A DNA stretch of 64,000 nt. It comes from Octopus vulgaris. Taxonomy: Eukaryota. Below are positions 38,515 to 52,526 of this stretch, piece by piece. The notes beneath the pieces are model-generated. The model was not told the DNA's origin. It searched no databases and was given only the letters and a program-made list of their open reading frames with translations. Positions within the stretch are counted from its first letter, which is position 1. Each line of letters opens with the position of its first letter. The stretch spans positions 32,426,001 to 32,490,000 of the forward strand of contig OX597817.1 of the NCBI GenBank assembly GCA_951406725.2, in the 5' to 3' direction. The translations under genes and the position numbers were made by a program.

Positions 38515-39830
38515 ACCTGAAAAGTTCACAGGCTGACTATGAAGAAGTGATGCTAGAGTTGTAAAATCTCGCATGCATTAATTTCAATGCTTTGTTTCTT
38601 TCCAGGTAAACTGATATCTGACTCTTCAAAAAAGACTTGAGAAGTAACTCTCTTGAAAATGGACAAAATTTGGCATCGTGGTGTTATAAAGTACCTGAAA
38701 AGAAAACCAGTTTTTGCCTCCAACAACATTTATGCTGACATGATTTCTACATTAGAAAGTGATGCTCCAGCTTAATCAACAGAGCAAAGGTGGGCAGCTG
38801 AATTTAAGATGGGAAGGGAGAGTCTTGAAGATGACCCAAGATCTGGACATCCTGCACTACACGGAGAAGGATGACAAGCAATTGACTATAAATCAAATAG
38901 CTAATGCTATTTGCATGTCCCATGAGAGAGTTGGTGGAGGAGCAATGGCCCAATGGTTAGGGCAGCAGACTCGTGGTCGGAGGATCGCGGTTTCGATTCC
39001 CAGACTGGGCGTTGTGTGTGTTTATTGAGTGAAAATGCCTAAAATCTCCATGAGGCTCCGGCAGGGGGTGGTGGCAACCCCTGTTGTACTCTTTTGCCAC
39101 AACTTTCTCTCACTCTCTCTTCCTGTTTCTTGAGTAATGCTGCGATGGACAGGCATCCCGTCCAGCTGGGGGGGAAGACATACGCCACAGAAACCAGGAA
39201 ACTGGGCCCATGAGTCTGGCTAGGCTTGAAAAGGGCGGGGAAAAAAATGAGAGAGTTGAGAATATTCTGCACAATGAACTTGGCATGATGAAGGTTTCTG
39301 CTCAGTAGGTGCCATTTCTTCTGACACCTGATCAAAAGTATACCAGGTAGATCACATCATGGGAAAATCTGACATTGAGGCAGATCCAGCTGGTTTCCTT
39401 AAACAGTTACTAATCCAGGATGAGTGTTTGGTTCATTACTTTGAGCCAGAGACAATCCTTGCAGTGAGAACACCCCTCCTCACCTGCTCCAAAGAAGTCC
39501 AGGGTCATTTCATCCACAGGGAAAGTGATGGCCTTAATTCTTTGGGATGCAAAAGGCATTATGTTTATTGACTACCTTTAAAAGGCTATACCGTTAATGG
39601 AGAGTACTATGCCAACTTGCTGAGGCAGTTACAAAAAGCTTTCAAGACCAAATGCCAAGGGAAACTGACAAAAGGGATCTTGTTTCATCAGGACAATGCT
39701 CCAGCACACAGATTCTTGCTTTCAATGGCTGGTGTGCATGACTGTGGCTTTGAACTGGTTGATCACCCTCCTCATTCTCCTGATTTGGCCCCCATCTGTC
39801 TATCATCTGTTCCCCAACATGACAAAAACT
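38515..39830 (+). mobile_element. Decayed mariner transposon interrupted by a SINE
   Basis: WAAEFKMGRESLEDDPRSGHP; QDECLVHYFEPET; FHQDNAPAH; DHPPHSPDLAP; SINE flanked by TSD ATGAGAGAGTTG (38922-33, 39247-58). Confidence 0.85.
38934..39246 (+). mobile_element. tRNA-derived SINE family C (representative; others at about 4668-4870+, 16030-16253-, 45680-45967-, related 1755-2000-, 59010-59350+)
   Basis: A box TGGCCCAATGG, B box GTTTCGATTCC, A-tail and 12-bp TSD. Confidence 0.85.
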
Positions 39831-40199
39831 CTTGGCTGGGCATTTTCTCCGGACAATGGACATGAGTTACAATAATAAAATAAGAACAGTAATAAATGAG
39901 TGAAGAACAAATATATAGTTCGTGTGTTTATTTGGCAAAAAAAAAATGACCATCCTTAAATACATCAATATATATATATATATATATATCATCATCATCA
40001 TCATCATCATCATCGTTTAGTGTCCGCTTTCCATGCTAGCATGGGTTGGACGGTTCAACTGGGGTCTGGGAAGCCAGAAGGCTGCACCAAGCCCAGTCTG
40101 ATCTGGCAATGTTTCTACGGCTGGATGCCCCTCCTAACGCCACCAGCCCTTCCTAACGCCAGATGCCCTTCCTAATGCCATCAGCCCTGCCTAACGCCA

Positions 40200-40639
40200 A
40201 TCCGTTCTGTCTGTCTGTGAGTCTTCTAGGATCTTGGGCATCCTCCATCCGATTGCGCTCAAGTTTGATATGTAGATACCGACGGAATCAGGGCGTGTAT
40301 AAGTCTTGAAAAAATTACAAAAATCGATTCCAGGTGAGAATGCGATCGATAAAGCTCTGGGAATGTACGTTTGTACGCGCAAGTACATCAGCTGTTGCGA
40401 TGTACTAACTGGTACTTTAAACTCTTCGGTTGCATATTTGTGTGAATAAAATCGTTTTTCTTTGGAATAGATAAAAAGTCTATCTTTATTTCTTCTTTTG
40501 CTGGTGTCTCAAATTTAGGTTAAATCAGTGTTTCTCAAAGGGGAGGCCTATGGGACAGTCAGACAAGTTGTTTTGAGAATATTTGGTTTAAATGTTTGAT
40601 AACTCAGCACCGTCCATTGGGCGGGAGGGGGGCGTTTTG

Positions 40640-40642
<3 letters not shown>
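40200..40642. mobile_element. CpG-retaining repeat fragment, possibly Helitron/Helentron-derived
   Basis: Short (CTGT)n followed by CCGATTGCGCTCAAGTTTG; diagnostic termini not seen. Confidence 0.35.
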
Positions 40643-40709
<67 letters not shown>

Positions 40710-41516
40710 ACTTACGGGTCGGACCACGTCGCTGTATTTACCCGGTGCATATCACCACACACTCCCGGAGACTGATGGCATCGATCGCGCCTACGTCCAC
40801 GTGTACGTGGGCGATACCGCGTGCTTAGGTTCGTTCTTTCGATTTCGTGCACATACATATAAATATACATATACATATATACACACATATATATATATAC
40901 ACATGCACACATATATATATACATACACACACCCACACACACATATATATATAAAAGTATGTATTATGTGTATGTATATATACATATATGTATGTATACA
41001 TATACAAACATATATGCAGGTTCCATTAATCCATTTAAATCCCTTGCCTCTAGATAACACAAAGAGATTTGAATGGGTTAATGGAACCTGCATAGCTATA
41101 TGGGTGTGTGTGTGTGTGTGTGAGGGCACAAGGCTTAGTGGTTAGGGTGTCGTACTCATAATCTATCGATCATGGTTTCAGTTCCTAGATCAGGTGGTGC
41201 ATTATGTTCTCGAGCAAAAAACCTCATCTCACATTGCTTTGCAATCACTTTGACACCTGACACATGTTTTTACACTGTGCACCTGTTCAGACAATGACGA
41301 TTTGATGGAGAGAGTGAGCTAATGTGAGGCATGAACATTTGGTTACTATAAGCAAATCATTTGTGCAGGTCGTTTGGCAAAAGCTCAACGTTCATACATC
41401 ATCTTTGATGGGAGAATCCAGGCGCAGGAGTGGCTGTGTGGTAAGTAGCTTGCTAACCAACCACATGGTTCCGAGTTCAGTCCCACTGCATGGCATCTTG
41501 GGCAAGTGTCTTCTGC

Positions 41517-41761
41517 TATTCACCAGATATTGTTCCTTCGGATTTCCACTTATTCAGGTCTCTGCAGAATAGTCTTAATGGTAAAAATTTCAATTTCTTG
41601 GATGATGTAAAAAGATACTTTGATGAATTCTTTGCCATGAAGCCACCTCAATTCTGGGAAGAGGGCATTTTCAAGTTAATGGAAAGATGGAGATGCATTG
41701 TGCAACAAAATGGTTCATATTTGGTTGATTAAAAATGTAATGACAAGTATTTATTGACCTA
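41517..41761 (+). mobile_element. Mariner C-terminal fragment fused to a SINE head
   Basis: YSPDIVPSDFHLFRSLQNSLNGK..QQNGSYLVD*, near-identical to the inverse of about 43176-43420. Confidence 0.85.
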
Positions 41762-42769
41762 AATAACACATCGTTTTTGTCATTAACTTCTAGTTTTTTC
41801 CAGAAATTTTATCACATATGTGCAAAATATGAAGCAGAAAATTGCAGTAATCAAATTCAAGCTTTGACAAAAACTGCTTTTAAGTCATTTAACAATGTAT
41901 CTCAAAGTGAATACAAGTCTAAATAACTGTTTCAAATTTTGACACCAGGTCAGCAAATTTAAGAGGAAGAAGAGGAGGAGGCCAGTCAGTACTTAGTACT
42001 CAGTACTCAGCTGGTACTTTATTATATTGACTCTGAAAGGATGAAAAGTAAAGTTGATTTTAGTAGTGTTGAAACTCAACCACTTAGACGGAGATAAAGC
42101 TGAAGGCTACAAGTGGAACTTGAATCCTGTTATTTTTCTTTGTATCTGTGCCTTGTGAAGGTGCATGGCTTAGAGGTTTGGGTAATTGATTCACGAGCAC
42201 AAGGTCATGAGTTCAATTCCTGGTGGTGCGTCATGTCGCTCCTCTAAGCTGGCAAAAATAAGATGTACCTGTAATTAACATTGAATCTCCCAGAGAACTA
42301 TGCTAAGGGATTGCATATCTGTGGAGTACTCAGTCACTTGTATGCTAATTTCATGAGAAAGCTGTTCCAGTGATCAGATCAACTAGAACCCTTGTCGTAA
42401 CTGACAGAACACCAATTTTTTTTTTTTTAAATGTGCCCTATAAGTAGGGCATTCATTAACACATAAAACTTCATTTACAGCATGCAAGTATCTAATGCAA
42501 TGTAAATACTTGGCAATGTTGCTTTTATAATTAAAGCTTTTGTCAATATTGAAAACTAAAACACGTTCTTTTGCACATTCCATATGTTGGTGCATGTATG
42601 AGCATGTGCGTATGTTTGTGTCTTATACACATACACACACACACATATATGTACATATATATATACACACACATACATACATACATATATTAGCATGGAA
42701 AACAGATGTTAAACGATGATGATGATATATATATGTGTGTGTGTGTATATATATATGTATATACATATA

Positions 42770-42810
<41 letters not shown>

Positions 42811-43131
42811 CATCTTTTTTGCTTTCCATGCTTGCCTAAAAATATATACATTAATTTAATGAATGATAAGAGAACAGAAGTCACATAATCCCTATACAGC
42901 TAATGAAGATAATTACGTGACTCCTTTTGTCATTCATTAATTAATAATATATTCTGTGCTCAGCTAATGCTTTACCTTAAAATATATGTATACTGAGTTG
43001 TAATTTTTGCTTATTAATATTGTTAGGCCTAAGTGAAATCATAATATATATGCTCTAATCTTATTTAGCATGTGGTAACAGCTGAGGTAAGTCTATACTC
43101 TTGTAGAGTGGTTATGTGTGTATTAAACATA

Positions 43132-43697
43132 TTGGGTTGTCCGGAAAGTTCATGCCGATTTTTAAAGGAAAGAAAAAGGTCAATAAATACTTGCCATTAC
43201 ATGTTTAATCAACCAAATATGAACCATTTTGTTGCACAATGTGTCTCCATCTTTCCTTTAACTTGAAAATGCCCTCTTCCCAGAATTGAGGTGGCTTCAT
43301 GGCAAAGAATTCATCAAGGTATCTCTTTACGTCATCCAAGAAATTGAAATTTTTACCATTAAGACTATTCTGCAGAGACCTGAATAAGTGGAAATCCGAA
43401 GGAGCAATATCTGGTGAATAAGGAGGATAGGATAACACATCCCAGCTGAGCTGCAGCAATTTTTGTCTGGTTCCCAAAGCATCAAGAGCCGAAAATGAAC
43501 TTTCTTATCTTCCATTTTAAAGGGTTACAGAATTAACACAGGTTATAGGAACATAAACCTTCTTCCACGAAAAGATAGCTTAAACTGTGTTCTAAATGGA
43601 GGTGTAGTCAAATCCTATTTTATGGACTCAACCATGTTCTAAAATAAGTCGAAAGGTAAGCTACTATAAATTGGCATGAACTTTCCGGACAACCCAA
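43132..43697 (-). mobile_element. Internally deleted mariner with both TIRs
   Basis: TA-TTGGGTTGTCCGGAAAGTTCATGCCGATTT ... AAATTGGCATGAACTTTCCGGACAACCCAA-TA; YPPYSPDIAPSDFHLF. Confidence 0.9.
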
Positions 43698-45984
43698 TAT
43701 TAACTACTACGAATTATTCGAATGGAACACATTGGATTATCTAGATAGTATAATAGGCATCATTTGAATGATCTCTAATAATAATATTGGAAATACACAT
43801 ACATACATGCATAATAGATTCTCCCATCAAAGATGATGTATGAACGTTGAGCTTTTGCCAAACGACCTGCACAAATGACTTGTTTATAGTAATCAAATGT
43901 TTATGCCTCACATTATGTATTATTTAGTTATCTCAGGTACACAAACAGCAGAATATCATTGGAAAGAAACATGCAAATCCAGTGATGTCAGTAATTGTAA
44001 TATAATGCAGCATGCTCCAATAAAATAACTATTTTACAACTTACTGACATTACTTTAAGTCATAAAAAATTATTTATAGGCTTTTGGCTGTTTTATTCCT
44101 TCATAGACTTATCCTATTGAGATTTTTAGCTCATCACTGCCAGTTATACTCTTCAAATATAGTGTTTCTGCCACTTACAGCAATGAATTATACTTCTCTC
44201 TGTGCAAGCTAATGAGGGAGCCTCTATGCCAATGAGCAGGAACCCTGGAGATTTATTTAGTCCTGTACTCAAATTTGGATCTATTTGCAACAAAAATCTC
44301 AAAAAGCTCATCGTCGTCGTCATCATCATCATTTAACATCAGTTTTCCATACTCATACTGGCATGGTTTGGACAGTTTAACATTATGCAGTGAATCATTG
44401 GACAGCATCATGCTCCACGTCAGCTTTGGCATAGTTTCTAAGACTGGATGCCTTTCCTAATGCCAACCACTTTATAGTGTGTACTGGGTGCCTTTTCCAT
44501 ACCACCGGCACTAGTGAGGTTGTCAAGTAGTTTGCAAGATAGAAAAGAAGAGTAAGAAGAAGGAAAAAAGGAAAGCGGGAAAAGAGGAAAAAGCCCTTTT
44601 AACTAAGGTGGAGAAGTATTTTAGAGGGTGGAAAGGTAGCTTTATTCCAGGGATAAGCAGAGGTGTCATGCTGCTGAGAAGATTCATGGCTACCCCACAT
44701 TTATATAAGAGTGGGAGTAGCTGGGAGGATGGGATGCCAGAGCAAAACCCTCAAGGAACAAGTAATGATATGAACAGTGGTTGAGGACAAGGAGAGATAT
44801 AAAAGCTCATATATTAACATGATAAACAGTTTACACTTCAATAACAAAAGCAGTATTTTAATACAAATTACATAACTATGAATTTGTAAAATTAAAGACT
44901 CAACATCTGCTCTGTAACAGGGTCTTCTGTGCTTGCAGTTTACTCCTGGTATTTAAAAGACGTTCCATCCTTGTTCCTTGAAGTGGCTCAGTCTCCAAGA
45001 AATATCTGCCAAATCTCCTACTAGCTCTAAAAAAGAACAAAGTCTACATTGGATTGAAAAAGCAAAAATAGATGGATAGTCATGGTTGGAACATCCTTGA
45101 TTATAAGATCTGTTGGTCAGAGTTGACTTGAGACTAAATAAAAGTAACAATGTCTCCCATAGTATGTCTTTTAACCCTAAGGAAATTTCATTTATGATAA
45201 AGCTTTAGTCATCTTATTTTATGTTAACACTTGGTAACACCTACAGCTATGAGAAGACCGAAACAAATAGTCAAGTTACTAAAACACTATAAACCAAATG
45301 ACTTAATATATATGTCAGATATGTTTAAGTATTAATCAATGAGCTAAAGTTAGTATCTTAGTTAAAGGACTGTTAAAACAAAATGTCTGTTTCCTCATAT
45401 TTCTGTTCTGGGTTCAAATCTCAATATAGATTCAATTTAGAGAGCACAATAAGTACTGAAAAAAAAGAATACCAATTGTACCTTTTGTACATTTAAATTT
45501 AAAGATTTAATTAATTGAAATTAATATGGATTTGCCACAGAATTTGTGGTGAGATTTAACCAGCCCACAAGTTACCACCTCGCCTGAGACAGCCCCTGGA
45601 TCTTTGGAACAGACTTCTTGTTTAAAGTGATCTAAATTAAAAGATTTTGTTGTTCGTTCCTTCTTGAACCACACCTGGCTCAGAAGGGCCGGTTTCCCGG
45701 TTTCCTTGGCATATAGGTTCCCCACCTGGACAGGATGCCAGTCCGTCGCAGGTGAGCTGCAAGATGCAGGAGGAAAGAGTGAGAGAAAGTTATGGCAAAA
45801 GAGTCAGCAGAAGTTTGCTATTACCTTCTAACAGAGCCGTGTGGAGCTTAGGTGTGGAGCTTAGGTGTTTCGCTCATAAACACACACATCGCCCGGTCTG
45901 AGATTCGAACCCACGATCCCTCGACCGCGAGTCCGCTGCACTAACCACTAGGCCATGTGCCTCCACAAATTAAAAGATTTCATC

Positions 45985-47310
45985 TTCATCATTATCATCA
46001 TCATCATCATCATCATTTAAGGTCCACTTTCCATGCTGGCATGGGTTGGACAGTTTGACTGAAAACTGGTAAGCCAGGGAGCTGCACCGGGTTCTGATCC
46101 AATTTGGCAAGGTTTTTATGGTTGAGTGTAGTGGGTGTTTTTTATGTGCCACCGGTACGGGTGCCATTGACCTGACACTGACATTGGCTACAATTATAGT
46201 CTCACTTGGCTTGACAGGTCTACACAAGCATGGTATATCTCCAAAGGTCTCGGTCACCTGTCACTGTCTCCATGAGGCCCAATGTTTGAATGGTGCTTTT
46301 TACATGCCAGTCAGACTGCACTGGCATCAGCCATGACTATGATTTCATTTGGCTCAACAGGTCTTCCCAAGAACAGCATATCACCCAACGTTTAAATGGT
46401 GCTTTTGATGGGCCAATTATGTGACACTGGCATCGGCTACAATTACAGTCTCACTTGGCTTGATAGGTCTCCTCAAGCACAGCATATCACCAAATGTCTC
46501 CGTCACTTGTCATTGCCCCTGTGAGGCCCAACATTTGAAGATCAAGCTTCACCACCATGTCTTCCTGGGTCTACCTCTTCCACAGGTTCCCTCCACCGTT
46601 AGAGTGAAACACTTCTTCACACAGCTGTCTTCACCCATACACATCACATGACCATACCAACACAGACATCTCTCTTGCACACCACATCTGATGCCCAACT
46701 TTTCTCTCAAAGCACTTGCACTTTGTCATGAATGCATACTGACATTACACATGCAATGAAGCATACTAGTTTCATTTCTTACTAGCCTACACATGTACTC
46801 AGCAGTCACAGCCCATGTTTCACTGCCATGTAGCATGGCTGTTCACACACAGGTATCATACAGTTGGCGAGGTATCATAAAGGCGGCGAGCTGGCAGAAG
46901 CGTTAGCACACCGGGCGAAATGCTTTGCGGTACTTCGTCTGCAGTTACATTGTGAGTTCAAATTCCGCTGAGGTCGACTTTGCCTTTCATCCTTTCGGGG
47001 TCGATAAATTAAGTACCAGTTATGCACTGGGGTCGATGTAATCGACATAATACCTATGTCTGTCCTTGTTTGTCCCCTCTATGTTTAGCCCCTTGTGGGT
47101 AATAAAGAAATAGGTATCATACAGTCTGCCTTTCACTCTGAGTGAGAGGCCCTTTGACTCTCTGGCCTTTACCCAGCCAATTTTTATTCTAGCAGCTACA
47201 CTCTCGAAGCATCCACTCTTGCTATTGACTTGGTCACCTAGGTAACAGAAGCTATCATCTACTTCTAGTTTTCCCCCTGGCACATGATGGAATCTTTCAG
47301 TATTTTCAAA
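45985..47310 (-). mobile_element. RTE LINE 3' fragment, same family, interrupted by a SINE at about 46880-47111
   Basis: KLEVDDSFCYLGDQV..KGLSLRVKGRLYD..LHGSETWAV on the minus strand; (CAT)n at the left end; SINE flanked by duplicated AGGTATCATACAGT. Confidence 0.85.
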
Positions 47311-48149
47311 CAAAATTTGAAACGAAGGCAGTGTATTTCAACAGAAACATAGTAATGAAAGAGTTAAGCCTATTAGCCAGTGAGCAAAATAGTAGTTTTT
47401 GTAGTTTGTTATGAATTATTTTGGTGAGCTCCACAGTAGCAATTTTAAATGCAGAGGATTAACAGCTGTGTCCAGATTGAGTCTACTTAGCATGCATTCA
47501 CTGTAGTCACCACCAAAATCAACAGACATTCAAAAACAGGTTGAAAAATTGAATACAGCATGTGCACAATGCAACACTATACTACATACAATTAACCACT
47601 GCATTTTAAAATGTGAACTATGATCTTCAAGCCAGAGACAAAACATATCTGAAGCTGTGGGTCAGTAGATTTTATTTATTTGTTTAGCTGATTATTTATG
47701 TATCATAGGTTTGCTCAGTCAACAATGTCAACAACTGGTACAGGATGTCAGACAACAAATGTTATAAGATTCACATTATAAGGCAGCAAGCTGTCAGAAA
47801 TGTTAGCACACCGGGTGAAATGCTTAGCGGTATTTCGTCTGCCGCTACATTCTGAGTTCAAATTCCGCCAAGGTCAACTTTGCCTTTCATCCTTTCGGGG
47901 TCGATAAATTAAGTACCAGTACAACATTCAATAAAAAGATCATCCAGCAAATTGGTAAAGACACACTAAGAAATACACTACAACCCCTAATCTATAGATA
48001 TCATGTTTCTTCCATCTCTGCCTTTTCTACTACTACAACAGCACCTTCTACTCTTTTTTTACTACCTGACTAATGTACCACTTCTACCCTCTACCCATGG
48101 ATTCTTGGTACACCAATCTCTTTTGATATTTCCATTGTCTTACATCCCA

Positions 48150-48591
48150 AATCTATACATCAAGTTCATCCTATGGTTGCAGAACTGTTTCCGGAGGGAA
48201 ACACAAACTTTCAGGATGACAATGCACCAATTCACACAGCTAAAGTTGTTACTGAATGGCATGAGGAACATTCTAGTGAAGTTGAACATCTTATCTGGCC
48301 CCCACAGTCCCCAGATCTCAATATTATTGAACATTTATGTTTAATAATATTGAGATCTCAATAATATTGAACAAATAAGGAGTTGATATCCTCCACCATC
48401 ATCACTACAAAAACTGGAGTCTGTTTTAGCTGAAGAATGGGTAAAAATTCCTTTGGAAACAATTCAAACTTTGTATGAGTCCATACCTTGTAGAATTCAA
48501 GCTGTAATTACTGCCAACGGTAGTCCTACCCCATATTAAAATAAATTTGCTTGAAATTTTAAGGTGTTTCCATTATTTTGTCCAACCCCTG
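48150..48591 (+). mobile_element. Tc1-like transposon 3' fragment
   Basis: FQDDNAPIHTAK..WPPQSPDLNIIEHL; terminus TTTTGTCCAACCCCTG-TA. Confidence 0.8.
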
Positions 48592-48706
48592 TACATTGTT
48601 TCCGGTATAAATTAATATTACTAAGAAATATTACCAGTCTTTGGCACATTGGTAAAAAAAAAACTGCCGGTATGCCACATCAGATAGTTTGAGAAGCACT
48701 GATTTA

Positions 48707-50235
48707 GAGCCCATGTCTCACTACCATAGAGTATAGCAGTTCACTCACAAGCATCATACAGTCTACCTTTCACTCTGAGAGAGAATCCTTTTGTTGACAA
48801 TAATACTTTCAGAGCAGCATGCAAGAGAGAAGACTACATTGGTTTGAATATGTGATGTATATGAATGAGGACAGCTGCATAAAGAAGTGCCGATCACTGA
48901 AAGGGGATGGCACCTACAGAAGAGGGGGGACCCCCAGAAGATGTGGGATGAAGTGGTAAGGACTGATCTCAGGATGTTGGGCCTTGTGGAGGAAATGACA
49001 ATGGACGAAGATATCTGGTGATATGAGGTTCTTGAAAAGATTCGCCCACATCAGCGAAACTGAGTTTTAGAAGTAGTGTATCCCACTTTCATTTAACAAG
49101 AAAATTTCTCACACACCCTACCACAACAAACTAAACTACATCTCTTCTCTTCCTCGCATTTCCACTTCATGCACTATACTTACCCCCCACTCTCCAATCT
49201 TGTCCTCTCGGACCTGTCTCCCTGTATCATTGCTATCCACTTGCCCTCAACCTGTGTTTTCCACCTACATGCCCTGTCTCACTATATCATTGCTATCCGC
49301 TAGCCCCCAACTTCTGTGCTCCACCCACACATAACAAGAAAACTTTTCACACACCCTAGCCCAACAAACCAATCTACATCTCTTTTGTTCCTCACATTTC
49401 CTCCTTCATATGCTATGCCTACCTCTCACTCCCCAATCCTGTCCTCACAGCCCTGTTTTTCTCTATCATTGCTATCTGGTAGCACCCACCACTATAATTA
49501 TACCCATGTTTTTACCACTCACTTCTCCCCTTCTGCACCTTCTAATCATGCTTCTTTCACAATATCCAGCCACTTATTTTATGACCATCAAACCTCAAAG
49601 GCATGCCCTTCATTATCTCTCTCTTCCTTTACTCAACCATCCCATTTATATTCTGATCCCTAGCCCTTGTGAGTATGCCTGACACTTTACAACCATCTCT
49701 ATCCCACTGTCCCCCACTCTCTCCCTTTCTCCTGCACTTCCCTCAGGTTGGGCAGCATATGTTTCTGTCTTCATTTTCTCTCTCTCTCTCTCTCTCTGGC
49801 TGGGTAACCTTGTACCTCCTCTACAGCGAGACACCTGTTTCTGTCTCTCTGTCTCACTATAAGCTTTCATCATCAGACACAAGATCACCTCCTCCAATGC
49901 CCTTTCCCCTTGCAAAAGATTCTTCTCTTGCAAGTTACTTGGTGACCCTATCAGTGAAGGTGCCACTTAAAAAGGCATCCAGTCCACACTGTAAAGTGGT
50001 TGGCATTTGGAAGGGTATCCAGCTGTAAAAACCTTGCCAAAACTGACCTCGCTTGTGCCACGTAAAAAGCACTAAGTTCACTCTGCTGAGTGGTTAGTAT
50101 TAGGAAGGGTATCCAGGGGTAAAAAAACCTGCCAAAACAGTCACAGAAGTCTGATGCAGGCTTCTCCTGTCAAACCATCCCACCCATGCCAGCATTGATG
50201 GCAGACGTTACATGATGATGATGATGATGATGATA
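48707..50235 (+). mobile_element. RTE LINE 3' fragment with inverted 5' piece and long pyrimidine-rich 3' UTR
   Basis: 48707-48798 encodes KGFSLRVKGRLYDA..LYGSETW on the minus strand; 48811-49050 encodes QERRLHWFEYV.. on the plus strand; shared 3' end with (GAT)n. Confidence 0.7.
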
Positions 50236-51949
50236 TTATTATTATTATTATCATCATCATCATCACTAGATTAAGGCATCAAGCTGGCAGAATCATTAGC
50301 ACACCAGGCAAAATGCATAAAGGCATTTCAACTGTCCCTATGTTATGAGTTCAAATTCTGCGAAGGTTGACTTTCATCTCTTTGGGTATTGATAAAATAA
50401 GTACCAGTTATGCACTGAGGTCAATACAATCAATACAATCAACTAGACCCTGCCCCAGAGTTTCAGACCTTGCACCTATAGTAGAAAGGATCATTATTAA
50501 TAATAATAGCAGAATAATAATAATATTATCATTAGCTCACCAAGCAGGGTGCTTAGAGGTGTAGCAGAGGCATTTTGTCCTTCTTTACATTCTGAGTTCA
50601 AGTTCTAAACAAGTGCCAGTTGATATAATCGACTGGTCTCTGTCCACAAAATTTCAGGTCTTGTGCCTATAATAGAAAGGATTATTAGTATGGTTATTTT
50701 CCTGTTTGTTTTTATATAATTGCTTGGTGCTCCAGCATGGCCACAGCCTTAAGGCTAAAAAAGGTATGAAAGAATAAAAGAATAATTGTTTATGGGCACA
50801 GGCGTGGTTGTGTGGTAAGAAGCTTGTTTTTCAACAGCATGGTTCCAGGTTCAGTCCCACTACGTGACACCTTGGGTAAGTGTCTTCTACTATAGCCTCA
50901 AACCGACCAAAGCCTTGTGAGGGAATTTGGAAACTGAAAGAAGCCTGTCGTGTGTATGTGCGTGTGTGTGTGTGTGTGGGGATGTGTTCCCACCACCACC
51001 ACCACTTGATAACCGAGGGCGATTTGTTTACGTCCACGTAACTAGCAGTTCGACAAAACAGAACGATAGAAAAAGTACTAGACTTCAAAAACAATAAGGC
51101 CCAGGGTCGATTTGTTCGACTAAAACCCTTGAAGGTGGTGCCCCAGCATGGTCGCAGTCCAATAACGGAAACAAGTAAAAAAAATATAGATAAAAGATAT
51201 AATTGTTTTCAAAATTTTTGCTTTCTTCAGCACTTTTAGCTTTCAGAATGAACGATATTAATTTAAAACATGAACTTATAATTCGTATATTTTAAAAACA
51301 TTCACTTCACGCCTGTCCACCATTCACTTCTTCTCGCCCTCAACCCAACACATTCTCTACAACCATCACCTAATCTTCCCGACCGGCCCTACACCGTTTT
51401 ATCATAAACCGCTCTTCAACCCTTGTTCTTCATAATACTTTTCCCTTAATCATCCCTCACTATCTTACAGCTTTTACACCCTCTCCCTCCCTGTTTTTCA
51501 GTCACCACTTTACCCTTCTTCTCTTCCTTGAACCCTCAGGATCCACCCTGACACTTTATTACCACTATTTTATCTCCCTTTCCAACTGCACCCTCGACGG
51601 AATTTGAACTCAAAACGTGGAGATTTTTTTTTTTCATTATTCCTTCTTTGCCGCCAGGTATTTTGTCCGACTCGCTAACGATGCTGTCAACTCGCTGTTT
51701 CGATATTCAGTTAATAATATTGATGACCCTCAAAACTCTGGGCCATAATATTTTTTCAATGAGCATGATGTGTCCTTGGCAGAAACATTTTGTTTCTACT
51801 TAATTGCCCATTTCCTACATTAATACGGTGGAATGATCTCCCATAATTTTTGTTAGCTTTGCTTTATAAATCTGTAAAACGTGTTTCTAATAAAATAAAT
51901 AAATGATATATTTTTTATTTAATTATTATTTGTATTACGACAAATAAGA

Positions 51950-52526
51950 TGAGGGGGGGGGCTGATTATGGTAGAGCGATGGATTAAATGTCTGGCAGTA
52001 TTTAAGTCACGCTGCTTTATGTTTGGGTTCAAATGCTGCCGAGACCAACTCGGCTCCACCTAAGATCCCGGGTCGAAGTCCCATTGAACGTACACACCCA
52101 GTAAATGTGCAAACCTGTGCCTGTCGTATACGAAACATTATTATTTGAATATTACTTTCAGCTTCCACCTGGTCAATTATGATTGGTTAAATTTCCGGAC
52201 GTGGCGACGTAAAGTCAAGTTTACGAAAACGAACGATCACTAAAACGAGAGCGTAGCATAACTATGGTATACAAATAATGCTCGCACTTCTTTGCAACAG
52301 CAACTGTTTTATTTCGGATATTATCAAAAATTCATATAAGATAAGTTAAATTCCTTTAACAGGCTTAATTTTGTTCCATAAATATTACGTTCGAAAATAT
52401 AGCGAATGTATGTAGTATTGTCATTGCGTTATTTTTGTGTATAAATTTAGTTCTTTTGAACATCCGTATTCACATGAATCGAACTGTTTGTTACGTTACG
52501 GTTACTAGTTAAGCAGTGTGAGAAAT
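51950..52526 (+). promoter_or_regulatory. Putative STT3B promoter/5' UTR
   Basis: CpG-retaining, repeat-poor sequence directly upstream of the ATG; ATTGG (reverse CCAAT) near 52182 and TTTCCGGACGTGGCGACGT near 52192-52210. Confidence 0.5.
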
